This document shows positions 10,726 to 20,371 of a stretch of DNA of 64,000 nucleotides, in pieces. The DNA comes from Eubacteriales bacterium (GTDB taxonomy: Bacteria > Bacillota > Clostridia > Oscillospirales > CAG-272). Position 1 is the first letter of the stretch, and the number at the start of each line of letters is the position of its first letter. The notes beneath the pieces were generated by a model that was not told where the DNA came from, made no database searches, and worked only from the letters and a program-made list of their open reading frames with translations. Made by a program: the position numbers and the translations under genes. The stretch lies in the NCBI GenBank assembly GCA_045537235.1, contig JAZSPB010000076.1, positions 41 through 64,040 on the forward strand, read 5' to 3'.

Positions 10726-11238
10726 ATGTCATCGTGTGGATCGCAAATGCGCTCGTTTTTCAGAAAGATCCATGTGGGAGCCGCCGTCGGAACGGCAATC
10801 TTTCTTGTGGCGGTCTGGTGGATCGTTTTTTGTATGATTGGTACGCCGAGGCGGTTGCTGTATTTTTTGTCCGGGTGTCCTTTTGTGCTGCCATCTTGGA
10901 TGCTTATTCTGCTTTTGTTTGTTTTCTTTGCACTCAGCGGATTTTGCGTAGGCGCGGTGTTGTTTGCTGAACGGTGCACCGACGAGATCTCTAAATACCG
11001 TGGGGCGTTTTTCTTCAGCATCGCCATTACCGCCGGCTATCTTTGGTATGCTATGACTTTCGGTGCCGCCCTTTTTTTACCGGCAATTTTGTTGGCTGCC
11101 GTAATGGTTGCGGGGCTTGTGATCACGGCTGTTAATTTTAGTCGATGCTCCTGCGTGGTGTCCAAAGGAATGTGGATCGCCGCAGGGTGGGGCGTTTATT
11201 TGTTGCTTTTTAGTGTGGTTTGTTTTTTCTTTTTGTAA
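10726..11238 (+). CDS. Membrane protein, TspO/MBR (tryptophan-rich sensory protein)-like
   Basis: About five hydrophobic helices; LPSW, LWYAMTFG and W-x-x-Y pattern; GAGGTG RBS. Confidence 0.5.
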   Translation: MSSCGSQMRSFFRKIHVGAAVGTAIFLVAVWWIVFCMIGTPRRLLYFLSGCPFVLPSWMLILLLFVFFALSGFCVGAVLFAERCTDEISKYRGAFFFSIAITAGYLWYAMTFGAALFLPAILLAAVMVAGLVITAVNFSRCSCVVSKGMWIAAGWGVYLLLFSVVCFFFL

Positions 11239-11320
11239 AAATTTTGTAATCTGTTGACAAACGAGAGAGAATGTAGTATAATTTAGTTACTATTATTCAA
11301 ACATTTTTGGAGGTAAAATT

Positions 11321-11821
11321 ATGAAATTCGTTAAGATTCTTTCTTTGATTCTTGCGCTTCTCATGATCGGTGGCGCGATGGTTGCTTGCGGCGGCGGTAC
11401 CGAGACCGATGCACAGACGGAGAGCGATACCGAGGCAGAGGGCGGCGATGATACTTCGAAAGATATCGAAACCACTGATGAGCCCCTTACCGTAAACATC
11501 GTTGTAAAGAAGACTCAGGACGGTGAAGTTGTATACAGAAGCGAGCCCAACGGCTATAAGTACGAGGGTGAAATCCTTACCGTTCAGGAGATTTTTGTCG
11601 AGTTCATGAGCTCCGAGTATGATATCGAGCCCGAGTTTAACGATGAAGGCGAGCTGGTAAAGGTTGGTGACCTTGTGAAGGCTGACAACACCTACTTCTG
11701 GCTGTTCAGCATTGCGAAGCATCCTCAGGGTGAGGCGCAGGCAGAGCCCGTTGACGGAAACATCGACGAGTACGATGATATTGAAGAAAACGATACCATC
11801 GTTATCTACTTGAACAAGTAA
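11321..11821 (+). CDS. Acidic lipoprotein, possibly DUF4430-like
   Basis: Lipobox MVAC; D/E/T-rich linker; own sigmaA-like promoter (TTGACA near 11254) and GGAGG RBS. Confidence 0.6.
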   Translation: MKFVKILSLILALLMIGGAMVACGGGTETDAQTESDTEAEGGDDTSKDIETTDEPLTVNIVVKKTQDGEVVYRSEPNGYKYEGEILTVQEIFVEFMSSEYDIEPEFNDEGELVKVGDLVKADNTYFWLFSIAKHPQGEAQAEPVDGNIDEYDDIEENDTIVIYLNK

Positions 11822-11833
11822 TTTTGAATGAAT

Positions 11834-11865
11834 AACCGCTGAGGGAGACTTCAGCGGTTTTTTTG
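11834..11865 (+). terminator. Rho-independent terminator
   Basis: AACCGCTGA...TCAGCGGTT followed by a T-tract. Confidence 0.7.
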
Positions 11866-11969
11866 AGCCTTTTCAGGCTCTTTTTTTATGCCAACGGAAA
11901 GTGACAAATTTTTCATTTGTTGTATGATACAATGGAAATCGAGCAACACGGAAGAAAGGAAATAAGTCA

Positions 11970-12329
11970 ATGATAAAAAACACAGGAACCTTTGACGTAA
12001 GTATGGAAGGCAAAACCATGGTGGTATCGCTATTGGGGGAGATCGACCATCATAACGCATCGGTGCTTCGAACAGGGATCGACAAGTTGATCTACGAAAA
12101 ACGACCGGACAAGCTGGTACTGGATCTCAAATGTATTGATTTTATGGACAGTTCGGGGTTGGGATTGATCATGGGGCGGTATTCGCTGGTTCGGGAACTG
12201 GGTGGAGAGATGTCCTTGCGTGATCCCTGTAAGAATGTTTTGAAGATTTGTAAGCTTGCGGGGATGGAGCGATTGATACGAATCGAAAGATCGGTATCAG
12301 ACAAAATAAAGAATGAAAAGAAAGGATAA
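11970..12329 (+). CDS. spoIIAA: Anti-sigma F factor antagonist
   Basis: GEIDHH and FMDSSGLGLIMGRY motifs; operon order. Confidence 0.95.
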   Translation: MIKNTGTFDVSMEGKTMVVSLLGEIDHHNASVLRTGIDKLIYEKRPDKLVLDLKCIDFMDSSGLGLIMGRYSLVRELGGEMSLRDPCKNVLKICKLAGMERLIRIERSVSDKIKNEKKG

Positions 12330-12335
12330 GGATCC

Positions 12336-12803
12336 ATGAGACAAAATAAATTTTCGGGGACGGTTATCAATGAAATGAAGTTGGTATTGCCGTCTCTTTC
12401 GGTGAATGAAGGAACGGCGAGGTCGGTGATTGCCGCTTTTTGCTCTCAATTGAATCCCACAGCAACCGAAATTGCCGATATCAAATGTGCGGTATCAGAG
12501 GCGGTGACCAACTGTATTGTTCATGCTTACCGAGGGGGAATCGGACGAATTTACATAGGTGTCAGATTGTATGAGGAAAGGATCGTACGCGTATCGGTCA
12601 AAGATCTTGGATGTGGCATTGTTGATATCAAGAAGGCGAGACAGCCATTGTATACCACCGATTCCGAGAACGAGCGAAGCGGCATGGGATTTACCGTGAT
12701 GGAGAATTTTATGGATAAGCTCACCGTAAGCTCGCGTCCGGGCAAGGGAACGACGATCGTTATGTATAAGTGTATCAATCCTCCGTCGCTTTCTGACCTA
12801 TGA
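12336..12803 (+). CDS. spoIIAB: Anti-sigma F factor
   Basis: AVSEAVTNCIVHAY and ERSGMGFTVME motifs. Confidence 0.96.
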   Translation: MRQNKFSGTVINEMKLVLPSLSVNEGTARSVIAAFCSQLNPTATEIADIKCAVSEAVTNCIVHAYRGGIGRIYIGVRLYEERIVRVSVKDLGCGIVDIKKARQPLYTTDSENERSGMGFTVMENFMDKLTVSSRPGKGTTIVMYKCINPPSLSDL

Positions 12804-13579
12804 ACGGAACAGAAGGGAACGAAGAAAACATAATGCAATCCGACGAAAAATATGCCAAGAACCGCGAACTGATTCAAGCGGCACAAAGTGAGGACGAGCA
12901 GGTCGCGACATCCGCAACAGAAGCTCTTTTAGATATCAATATGGGCTTGGTGCGAAGTCTTGCCTTCCGTTTTCGGGATCGGGGAACCGAACTGGAGGAT
13001 CTGATCCAGATCGGAATCATAGGTATGATCAAGGCCATACGCAGCTTTGATCTTTCGCGGGAAACTACGTTTTCCACCTATGCGGTCCCCCTTATCATAG
13101 GAGAGATCCGTCGGCATTTGCGAGATGACGGTCTTATTAAGGTCAGCCGATACCATCGAAAGTTGGGACTGGAGCTGATGAATGCCAGAAATCGAATCGT
13201 CTCCCAGCGAGGTTATGAGCCGGGAATCGAAGAATTGGCGGCATTGTGCGAAGTCTCACCGGAGGATGCGGCGATCGCCATAGATGCCATTTCCCCCGTA
13301 GCTTCTCTTTCGGAGGTGGTTGGCGGCGATGACAGCAATCTAACTTTGGAAAGCCGTATTGCCGATGACGACAATGAGATCGAACGGATTTCAGACAGCA
13401 TCGCGCTCCGACAAGCCATTTCCCATATGCCGGAGATGTGGAAAAAAATATTGCTTCTTCGCTATTATCGAAATCTGACACAGCAGGAGACCGCCGAGCG
13501 CTTGGGGTTATCTCAAGTGAAGGTGTCGCGTGAGGAAAAAAAGATCATGGCTTTTCTGCGAGGAGAACTTGTAGGATAA
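12800..13579 (+). CDS. sigF: RNA polymerase sporulation sigma factor F
   Basis: EDLIQIG, FSTYAVPLIIGEIRR and SQVKVSR motifs; follows spoIIAB. Confidence 0.93.
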   Translation: MNGTEGNEENIMQSDEKYAKNRELIQAAQSEDEQVATSATEALLDINMGLVRSLAFRFRDRGTELEDLIQIGIIGMIKAIRSFDLSRETTFSTYAVPLIIGEIRRHLRDDGLIKVSRYHRKLGLELMNARNRIVSQRGYEPGIEELAALCEVSPEDAAIAIDAISPVASLSEVVGGDDSNLTLESRIADDDNEIERISDSIALRQAISHMPEMWKKILLLRYYRNLTQQETAERLGLSQVKVSREEKKIMAFLRGELVG

Positions 13580-13589
13580 TGCCAAATAA

Positions 13590-13704
13590 GAAAAGCTCCG
13601 CAAGAAACTTTTCTACCCCCCGTGATGTGCTATGGCACTTCGCCATGTTCGCACCCAATGAAGGGGGATTGATAGAAAGTTTTTTGCGGAGCTTTTTTCA
13701 AAAA
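13590..13704. repeat. Long palindromic intergenic repeat, copy B
   Basis: AAAAGCTCCGCAAGAAACTTT ... AAAGTTTTTTGCGGAGCTTTTTTCAAAAA between convergent sigF and htrA. Confidence 0.85.
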
Positions 13705-13738
13705 CAAGCTTTCGCCCTGTACTCGCAGCGGCGTTTTC

Positions 13739-15214
13739 TTACTTAAGGGAAGAGGATTGCCCTAACGTGATCGAGAGCCAAAGAATTTCATTGTTTCTCC
13801 AAACTTCCAGCTTGAGTTTGTCTCCCACACGACTGTTGGAAATAATTTCCGTCAATGTTTCTTTATATTCGCAAGTGATATCATTGACCTTGAGGATAAT
13901 ATCATCGGGTTGCAGATGGATTGCCGCATCAAATCCGGGTGAAATACTTATTACCCGACAACCGCTTTCGGGAGCCGTGTAGAGGGAATAATCAGCGATC
14001 CCATACTCTTCAAGCATTTCCACATCCCAAATCGGAATGTAGATGCGCTCTCCGTATATGGTTTCATAAACCACCTGTTCTTCGCCCGACTCGGTGGTTC
14101 TTACCAGAAAAATGGAGTCTCCCGAATGGAAGTAGGTGGTACCTTTTACTACAGTTTGTGCCGTGATGCCGAGTGCGGCTCCCTCGTAGGCACTACCGCC
14201 GTTGGAAATGGTCAATTCACCGTTATTGATAATATCCCAAAGCATATCGATCACGCCATCGATGGGGATGGCAAAGCCCATACCCTCATACTCGCTTCCT
14301 GCGATCTTCATGGAAACAATACCGATCACCTCTCCATCCATATTGAAGAGAGGTCCACCCGAGTTTCCGGGATTGACACTGGTGTCTGTCTGGAGAAGCG
14401 TGATAACCTTGTTGACCGTTCCGTTTTCATTTTTTGCGGCGTACTTTCGATCCAAAGCCGAAATATAACCAGAAGTCATGGTTCCTCGATATTGGATGCT
14501 GTAAGGTGTTCCGATGGCCATGACCTGCTCACCTACTTGTGCTTTGGAGGATTTGCCGATCGTTGCCGGTCTTAAACCGCGTTGGTTGACCTTGATGATG
14601 GCGATGTCATTGAGCTCGTCGCCGTCAATATATTCGGCTTCTACTGTGTTGCCCGTGTGTAGGATCACATTGATCTTTGTGGCACCTTCCACCACATGGT
14701 AGTTGGTGGCGATATAGCCGTCTGAGGTCATAATGATACCCGAGCCCGTGCCGCCGCCTGTGTCGGAGATAGCACTGATGGCAACATAGGAGGGGTAACA
14801 TTCATCGTAGAGTGCTTCCAAGGAGGCTCCTCCTGCACCGCCGGAGAGACCTGAAGGAATCTTTATCAAGAGAACCGCAAACAGAGAGAGAATGGCAAGA
14901 AGAAATGCCGTGCTCATGATGATGGCAAAATTGCGAACCCCACGAATGTCCGAACCATCCTTTTTGTTGCTGTCATAAAGGTTTTGTTCGGTATAGTCCC
15001 AACGGAATGCATAGGCTTCTGTTTGTTGGGGAGCAATGGGGGGCGTGGGGAGGTCAGGAGATTGCTCCACTGTCTTTTCCGCATCTGTTTCTCCCTGCAA
15101 AGACGATGCTTCCGCAGGGGGATTTTCCGACGAAGCCGTTACAGTCTCGTCGGGAGTCGATTCGGATTCTGTTTTTTCTATATTGTCTTGGATGTTGTTT
15201 TTCTTATCCTCCAT
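13739..15214 (-). CDS. htrA: HtrA/DegP-family serine protease with PDZ domain
   Basis: Acidic N-tail and TM; TNYHV, DIAII and NPGNSGGPL triad motifs; C-terminal PDZ. Confidence 0.92.
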   Translation of the reverse strand: MEDKKNNIQDNIEKTESESTPDETVTASSENPPAEASSLQGETDAEKTVEQSPDLPTPPIAPQQTEAYAFRWDYTEQNLYDSNKKDGSDIRGVRNFAIIMSTAFLLAILSLFAVLLIKIPSGLSGGAGGASLEALYDECYPSYVAISAISDTGGGTGSGIIMTSDGYIATNYHVVEGATKINVILHTGNTVEAEYIDGDELNDIAIIKVNQRGLRPATIGKSSKAQVGEQVMAIGTPYSIQYRGTMTSGYISALDRKYAAKNENGTVNKVITLLQTDTSVNPGNSGGPLFNMDGEVIGIVSMKIAGSEYEGMGFAIPIDGVIDMLWDIINNGELTISNGGSAYEGAALGITAQTVVKGTTYFHSGDSIFLVRTTESGEEQVVYETIYGERIYIPIWDVEMLEEYGIADYSLYTAPESGCRVISISPGFDAAIHLQPDDIILKVNDITCEYKETLTEIISNSRVGDKLKLEVWRNNEILWLSITLGQSSSLK

Positions 15215-15250
15215 GTTGATCCTTTCTGCCGCGCGGTGCGCATTTTATTT

Positions 15251-16780
15251 TTACGGCGAGTGTGTTGTCAAATTGTTCTTTGTGTTACTCTGTATGTCGC
15301 GAGGAAGAGTGAAGAAAAATTCACAGAACCGATGGTGTTCGCTGTTTACCCAGAGCTTTTCTTGATGAGCATCTATAATGGTTTTGGAAATGAACATCCC
15401 CAAGCCGACCCCGCTTTTGTCAAGACCGCGGCTTTTATCGGCTTTGTAGAATCGTTCAAAAACGAAGGGAAGATCCTCGGGGGCGATACCTTCACCTTGG
15501 TTGTATACGCTGACGGTGATCTTTCTTTGTTTGCCATCGTGCTTGGTGTCGTTTCCTGACTCATCGGTATAGCGAATGCGAATTCGATAATCGCCGCCTT
15601 CCGATGCGAATTTGATACCGTTGTCGCAGATATTGTATAGGATTTGATGAATGGCATCGCGGTCAGCGACCACAAACATCCGTTCCTCATCGCAAAGGAA
15701 TTCCACATTGAGCTTTTTTTCATCAATTTTCTGCTCAAAGGAAATGAGGATCAATCGCGCCAATTCACAGATGTCAAAGCCGGTCATGTTGAACTTTCTG
15801 TCGCCCGCCTGTAGACGGGAGATGTCCAAAAGGGAAGAAACCAATCGAGAAAGACGACGGACTTCGTCTTTGATTATGCCCAGATAATGGCTTTGTTCCT
15901 CCTTGGGAATGGCGCCGATGAGAATGTTGTCAATAAAGCCGGAAATGGTCGTCATGGGAGTTCGAAGGTCATGAGAAACATTTGCCATAAAGGTATTTCT
16001 CATATTCTCCAGATTCTCCAATGAATGCGCCATGTTGTTGAAGGCCATGGCCAGTTCTGCAACCTCATCTTTGCCTCTTACAGGAACTCGGACATCAAAC
16101 TGTCCCACTGCAAAACGCTTGGCGGCCTTGCTCATTTCGCGCAAGGGTCCCGTGATCATTTCCGTGATGAAATAAACGGCGATCAGTGTAGCCACCATCA
16201 CCCAAAGTGATGAGGCCAAAATAGTTTCGATCATGTCGCGCAGAAGAACGAGCAAAGAGTTACTGGAGTAGCTCGCGATGACGACACCTCGGACAACTTG
16301 CATTTCGTCGGTGACGGGGATGGCATAGGACAAGTGAGATTTCTCAAAAAGCCCGGATATCGTCCCGGTAACGTGAGCGGATTCTCCCGCGAGAACCTTA
16401 GTTCGCGTTGGCTCGGGAAGCCAATAGTCCTTTTCAAAATTTCCGGTATCCTCTTCGTTGGCGTAAAGCAACAGACGGCCTTCGTCATCGGCAAGCATGA
16501 TGGTAATGCCTTCACTGTTGGCGGAAACGGAGGTAAAGACCTCGAACACTTCGTTTTTGTCAATTGAAACAAAATCTTCAAGCGAGGAATAGTCCGAACG
16601 CTCATAGTTCAATGCCAAATAGGCTTCCGCCGTTCTTGCGGCATTTTTTGCGGTTTCAGTTCTGACCGAGGTGGAGTATTCTGTAACCAACGACAGAATG
16701 ATCGACAAGATCATGCTAAAGCTGATGACGATAATGAGTATGAAAGTGGTGATATATTTGGCAAATACGCTTTTGAACAT
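15251..16780 (-). CDS. HAMP-domain sensor histidine kinase
   Basis: Two TMs, HAMP, H-box SHDLRTP, FERFYKAD and GVGLGM. Confidence 0.95.
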   Translation of the reverse strand: MFKSVFAKYITTFILIIVISFSMILSIILSLVTEYSTSVRTETAKNAARTAEAYLALNYERSDYSSLEDFVSIDKNEVFEVFTSVSANSEGITIMLADDEGRLLLYANEEDTGNFEKDYWLPEPTRTKVLAGESAHVTGTISGLFEKSHLSYAIPVTDEMQVVRGVVIASYSSNSLLVLLRDMIETILASSLWVMVATLIAVYFITEMITGPLREMSKAAKRFAVGQFDVRVPVRGKDEVAELAMAFNNMAHSLENLENMRNTFMANVSHDLRTPMTTISGFIDNILIGAIPKEEQSHYLGIIKDEVRRLSRLVSSLLDISRLQAGDRKFNMTGFDICELARLILISFEQKIDEKKLNVEFLCDEERMFVVADRDAIHQILYNICDNGIKFASEGGDYRIRIRYTDESGNDTKHDGKQRKITVSVYNQGEGIAPEDLPFVFERFYKADKSRGLDKSGVGLGMFISKTIIDAHQEKLWVNSEHHRFCEFFFTLPRDIQSNTKNNLTTHSP

Positions 16781-16816
16781 ACGTCCCCCTTCATAAATGT
16801 GGGCAGTGCGCCGAGG

Positions 16817-17509
16817 TTAGCTCAAGATCTCAAACTTGTAGCCAACACCCCAAACGGTTTTGAGCAACCACTTATCCGAAACGCCCTCCAGCTTTTCGCG
16901 AAGGCGCTTCACATGTACATCGACCGTTCTCGAGTCGCCCAAATAGTCAAAACCCCAAACCTTGTCCAAGAGCTGGTCGCGGGTGAATACACGGTTGTAA
17001 TTGGAGGCGAGGAAGTAGAGAAGTTCCAGCTCCTTGGGGGGGATATCAATGGATTTGCCGCGAAGCTTAAGCTCGTATTTTTGCAGACTGATCTCGATGT
17101 TGTCAAATTTGATGACCTCATCGTCGTTACGAGTGGAGTGAGTCTGATAGCGGCGAAGCACGGCCTTGACGCGAGCAGAAAGCTCTTTCATGTCGAAGGG
17201 CTTGACCACGAAATCATCGGCACCCAGCTCCAGACCCAGTACCTTATCAAACACCTCACCCTTGGCGGTGATCATAATGACGGGCTTGGACGAGATCTCA
17301 CGAATTTCGCGGCAGACCTGCCAACCGTCTTTCTTGGGGAGCATAATATCCAGAAGTACAAGGTCAGGCTCGTACATCTTGAAAAAATTAACGCCGTCCA
17401 CGCCGTTGTTGGCGATGCGAATTTCATAGCCCTCGTTTTCAAAATAGATTTTGAGCACATCGCAAATGGCAGCATCGTCGTCTACGATCAGTATTTTGGT
17501 ATCCATCAT
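16817..17509 (-). CDS. OmpR-family response regulator
   Basis: ILIVDDD, LLDIMLP, GADDFVVKPF and RTVDVHVKRLREK. Confidence 0.96.
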   Translation of the reverse strand: MMDTKILIVDDDAAICDVLKIYFENEGYEIRIANNGVDGVNFFKMYEPDLVLLDIMLPKKDGWQVCREIREISSKPVIMITAKGEVFDKVLGLELGADDFVVKPFDMKELSARVKAVLRRYQTHSTRNDDEVIKFDNIEISLQKYELKLRGKSIDIPPKELELLYFLASNYNRVFTRDQLLDKVWGFDYLGDSRTVDVHVKRLREKLEGVSDKWLLKTVWGVGYKFEILS

Positions 17510-17557
17510 AAAAGGGAACCTTCCTTTCTGTAAAGTCATCCATTTAAAGTATACATT

Positions 17558-17590
17558 ATTATATGGGAAAAGCTGTGAAGAATCCGTGAA
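17558..17590 (-). promoter_or_regulatory. Promoter with possible OmpR-type autoregulatory direct repeat
   Basis: Minus-strand TATAAT (17558-17563); TTCAC-N6-TTCAC (17575-17590) around the -35 region. Confidence 0.4.
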
Positions 17591-17785
17591 TTTTGTGGAA
17601 ATTCGCGAAAAATATGCATACATATAAATTATACCATTAAATTACAGATTTGAAAATAGATTTTTGTAAATTTTATAAAATATTTTTTCAAAGCAAAACC
17701 CAAGGCAATAAGACTTGACATTTTGTGAAATAAGGTGTATAATAATTCGGTATATGATCTTCGAAAGAAAGGCATGGAAAAATCA

Positions 17786-18883
17786 ATGAAGTTAGGTATC
17801 GTAGGTCTTCCCAATGTGGGAAAGAGTACCCTTTTTAATGCACTGACCAGTGCCGGAGCCGAGTCGGCAAACTATCCCTTCTGCACCATTGAGCCAAACG
17901 TAGGCGTGGTAGCAGTGCCGGACAAGCGTCTGGATGTTTTGGCAGAAATGTACAATCCCGAAAAATACACCCCCGCTGTCATCGAGTTCGTGGACATAGC
18001 AGGTCTTGTTCGCGGCGCTTCGAAGGGGGAAGGTTTGGGAAATAAATTTCTCTCTCACATCCGTGAGGTGGATGCGATCATTCACGTCATCCGTTGCTTT
18101 GAGGACGATAATATTATCCATGTAGATGGTAAGGTCGACCCGCTTCGTGACCTTGAGACCATCAACTTGGAGCTGATCTTCTCGGACATTGAGATTCTTG
18201 ACCGCCGTATCGACCGTGTGAAGAAGGCTATGAAGGGCGATAAGAGCTTGGCCGCCGAGGTCGAGCTTTTGGAGCGCATCAAGTCTGTTCTGGAAGAAGG
18301 AAAGTGCGCAAGAACCATTGAGTTTACCGAGGATGAGTTGGAGCTGCTTGGTAACGATACGCCTCTGCTCACACTCAAGCCCATTATTTATGTTGCCAAT
18401 GTCAGCGAGGATGAAGCAGGTGAGGAACCTGTGGGAAATCCTCTTTATATGGCACTCAAGGAATATGCCGCATCCGAGCATTCCGAGATTATTGCCGTTT
18501 GTGCCGGTATCGAGGCGGAGATTGCGGAATTGGAGCCCGAAGAGAAAAAAGCTTTCTTGGAAGATATGGGAATCGTCGAGAGCGGTCTTGATCGCTTGAT
18601 CCGCGCAAGCTACGCACTTCTGGGGCTGATCAGTTACCTTACCGCAGGTCCCAAGGAGGTTCGTGCGTGGACGATCACCAAGGGAACCCGAGCCCCCCAA
18701 GCGGCAGGAAAGATCCACAGTGATTTTGAACGCGGCTTTATCCGCGCCGAGGTGGTATCTTTTGATGACCTGGTAAGACTTGGCAACATGAACGCTGTCA
18801 AAGAGGCGGGCTTGATGCGAAGCGAGGGCAAGGAATACGTCATTGCTGATGGCGATATCGTTCTGTTCCGATTCAATGTTTGA
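17786..18883 (+). CDS. ychF: Redox-regulated ATPase YchF
   Basis: [28 protein letters not shown] and TGS domain. Confidence 0.98.
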   Translation: MKLGIVGLPNVGKSTLFNALTSAGAESANYPFCTIEPNVGVVAVPDKRLDVLAEMYNPEKYTPAVIEFVDIAGLVRGASKGEGLGNKFLSHIREVDAIIHVIRCFEDDNIIHVDGKVDPLRDLETINLELIFSDIEILDRRIDRVKKAMKGDKSLAAEVELLERIKSVLEEGKCARTIEFTEDELELLGNDTPLLTLKPIIYVANVSEDEAGEEPVGNPLYMALKEYAASEHSEIIAVCAGIEAEIAELEPEEKKAFLEDMGIVESGLDRLIRASYALLGLISYLTAGPKEVRAWTITKGTRAPQAAGKIHSDFERGFIRAEVVSFDDLVRLGNMNAVKEAGLMRSEGKEYVIADGDIVLFRFNV

Positions 18884-18914
18884 TCGTTTTGATCAACCGA
18901 TATGATCGGGAGGT

Positions 18915-19059
18915 TCTTCTAAAACACTCCGCAAAATCTTGTTCCATGCCTCCCGTGAAGTTTGCACAATCACAACTCTTCCAAAAGAGTTTGGTTTGTT
19001 TGCACTTCCTTTATTCGGCAAAAGGATCCAAAGTTTTTGCGGAGCTTTTTTCAAAAAAG
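18915..19059. repeat. Long palindromic intergenic repeat, copy C (left arm degenerate)
   Basis: CTCCGCAAAA ... AAAGTTTTTGCGGAGCTTTTTTCAAAAAAG. Confidence 0.8.
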
Positions 19060-19112
19060 TAATCTCCGCGTCGCCACCCGAAAATCATTAAAAAGAAGGG
19101 AAGTCTATCAAC

Positions 19113-20360
19113 ATGAGAATGAGAAAAAAGAAAAACGGAGCCGCCAGAATCGAGGCTTGCAGCGACTTGCTGATCCGCGATACGACCGCGCTCTTTGAAA
19201 ATCCCGAATTTGCATTTTCCGAGTCGCGTCCTCTATACATCGAGATCGGATGCGGAAAGGGAAATTTTGCTTGCGGTATGGCGACCAAGTACCCCGACCG
19301 TAATTTTATTGCTATGGAACGAGTGGCAGACGTGGCTTGTTTGGCATTGGAAAAAGCGAAAGCTTGTGCCGAGGAACGTCCCGATAATCTTCGTTTTCTC
19401 ATCGGAGATGCCAAAAATTTGACCGAATGGCTTCCCGCTCACTCGGTAGACGGATTGTACCTCAATTTTAGTGACCCATGGCCCAAATCGGGTCATGCCA
19501 AGCGCCGTTTGACCTATCGCGGATTCCTCGAGCTTTACCGTCATGTGCTCAAGCCCGACGGAAAGCTGTATCTCAAAACCGACAACCAAGGGCTTTTTGA
19601 TTTCAGTCTTGAGGAATTTGCCGCCGCAGGACTGGTGACCGAATGGTTGACGAGAGATCTGCACAATTCCGACCGAGCCGAGGGCAATGTGATGACCGAA
19701 TATGAGACCAATTTCTCCTCGCAAGGAATGCCCATCTATTCCGCAGTCGTTCGCTTTGCTGAAACGGATAAAAAGAAAAAACACTCGTTGGAGATGTCCG
19801 ATCTTATGCTCCGTCAGCGTAGCTACCGCAGCTTTGACGAGAGCGTTCGTATCCCTCGTGAACAGTTGGTAGACTTTGTGAATAACGCACGGCTGATCCC
19901 GTCCTCCATGAATATCCAACCTCTTAAGTATAAGATCGTTACCGATCCTGTCGAATGCGATATTATGCTGGCTCAAACTAAGTGGGCAGCGGCATTGCCT
20001 CATTTGCATATCCCCCCCGAAGGTCATGCCCCCACGGCATATGTGGTCATTTGCGTTGACACTGCAATATCGGATAAGGACATTTTTGCCCGTGACGTGG
20101 GGATCGCCGCCGAGGTTATTATGCTGTCCGCAGTGGAAAAGGGATACGGCGGTTGCATGATCGGCAATTATTTGCCTAATAAGCTGGCGGAAGCCATGAA
20201 TCTTCCCGAAGGCGTTTTGCCCAAGCTGGTGCTGGGTCTTGGTAAGCCCGACGAAACAGTGGTGCTTGTTGACATGACCGAGAAGGGAACAGCCTATTAC
20301 CGAGATGAGAACGGCATTCACTACGTTCCCAAGCGGAGCCTGGAAGACATCATTCTGTAA
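19113..20360 (+). CDS. trmB: tRNA (guanine-N7) methyltransferase TrmB fused to a nitroreductase domain
   Basis: EIGCGKG, LNFSDPWPK and MTEYE in the first ~215 aa; then RSYRSF, PSSMNIQP, DVGIAA and GYGGCMIG in the same frame. Confidence 0.9.
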   Translation: MRMRKKKNGAARIEACSDLLIRDTTALFENPEFAFSESRPLYIEIGCGKGNFACGMATKYPDRNFIAMERVADVACLALEKAKACAEERPDNLRFLIGDAKNLTEWLPAHSVDGLYLNFSDPWPKSGHAKRRLTYRGFLELYRHVLKPDGKLYLKTDNQGLFDFSLEEFAAAGLVTEWLTRDLHNSDRAEGNVMTEYETNFSSQGMPIYSAVVRFAETDKKKKHSLEMSDLMLRQRSYRSFDESVRIPREQLVDFVNNARLIPSSMNIQPLKYKIVTDPVECDIMLAQTKWAAALPHLHIPPEGHAPTAYVVICVDTAISDKDIFARDVGIAAEVIMLSAVEKGYGGCMIGNYLPNKLAEAMNLPEGVLPKLVLGLGKPDETVVLVDMTEKGTAYYRDENGIHYVPKRSLEDIIL

Positions 20361-20371
20361 AGGACGAATAC

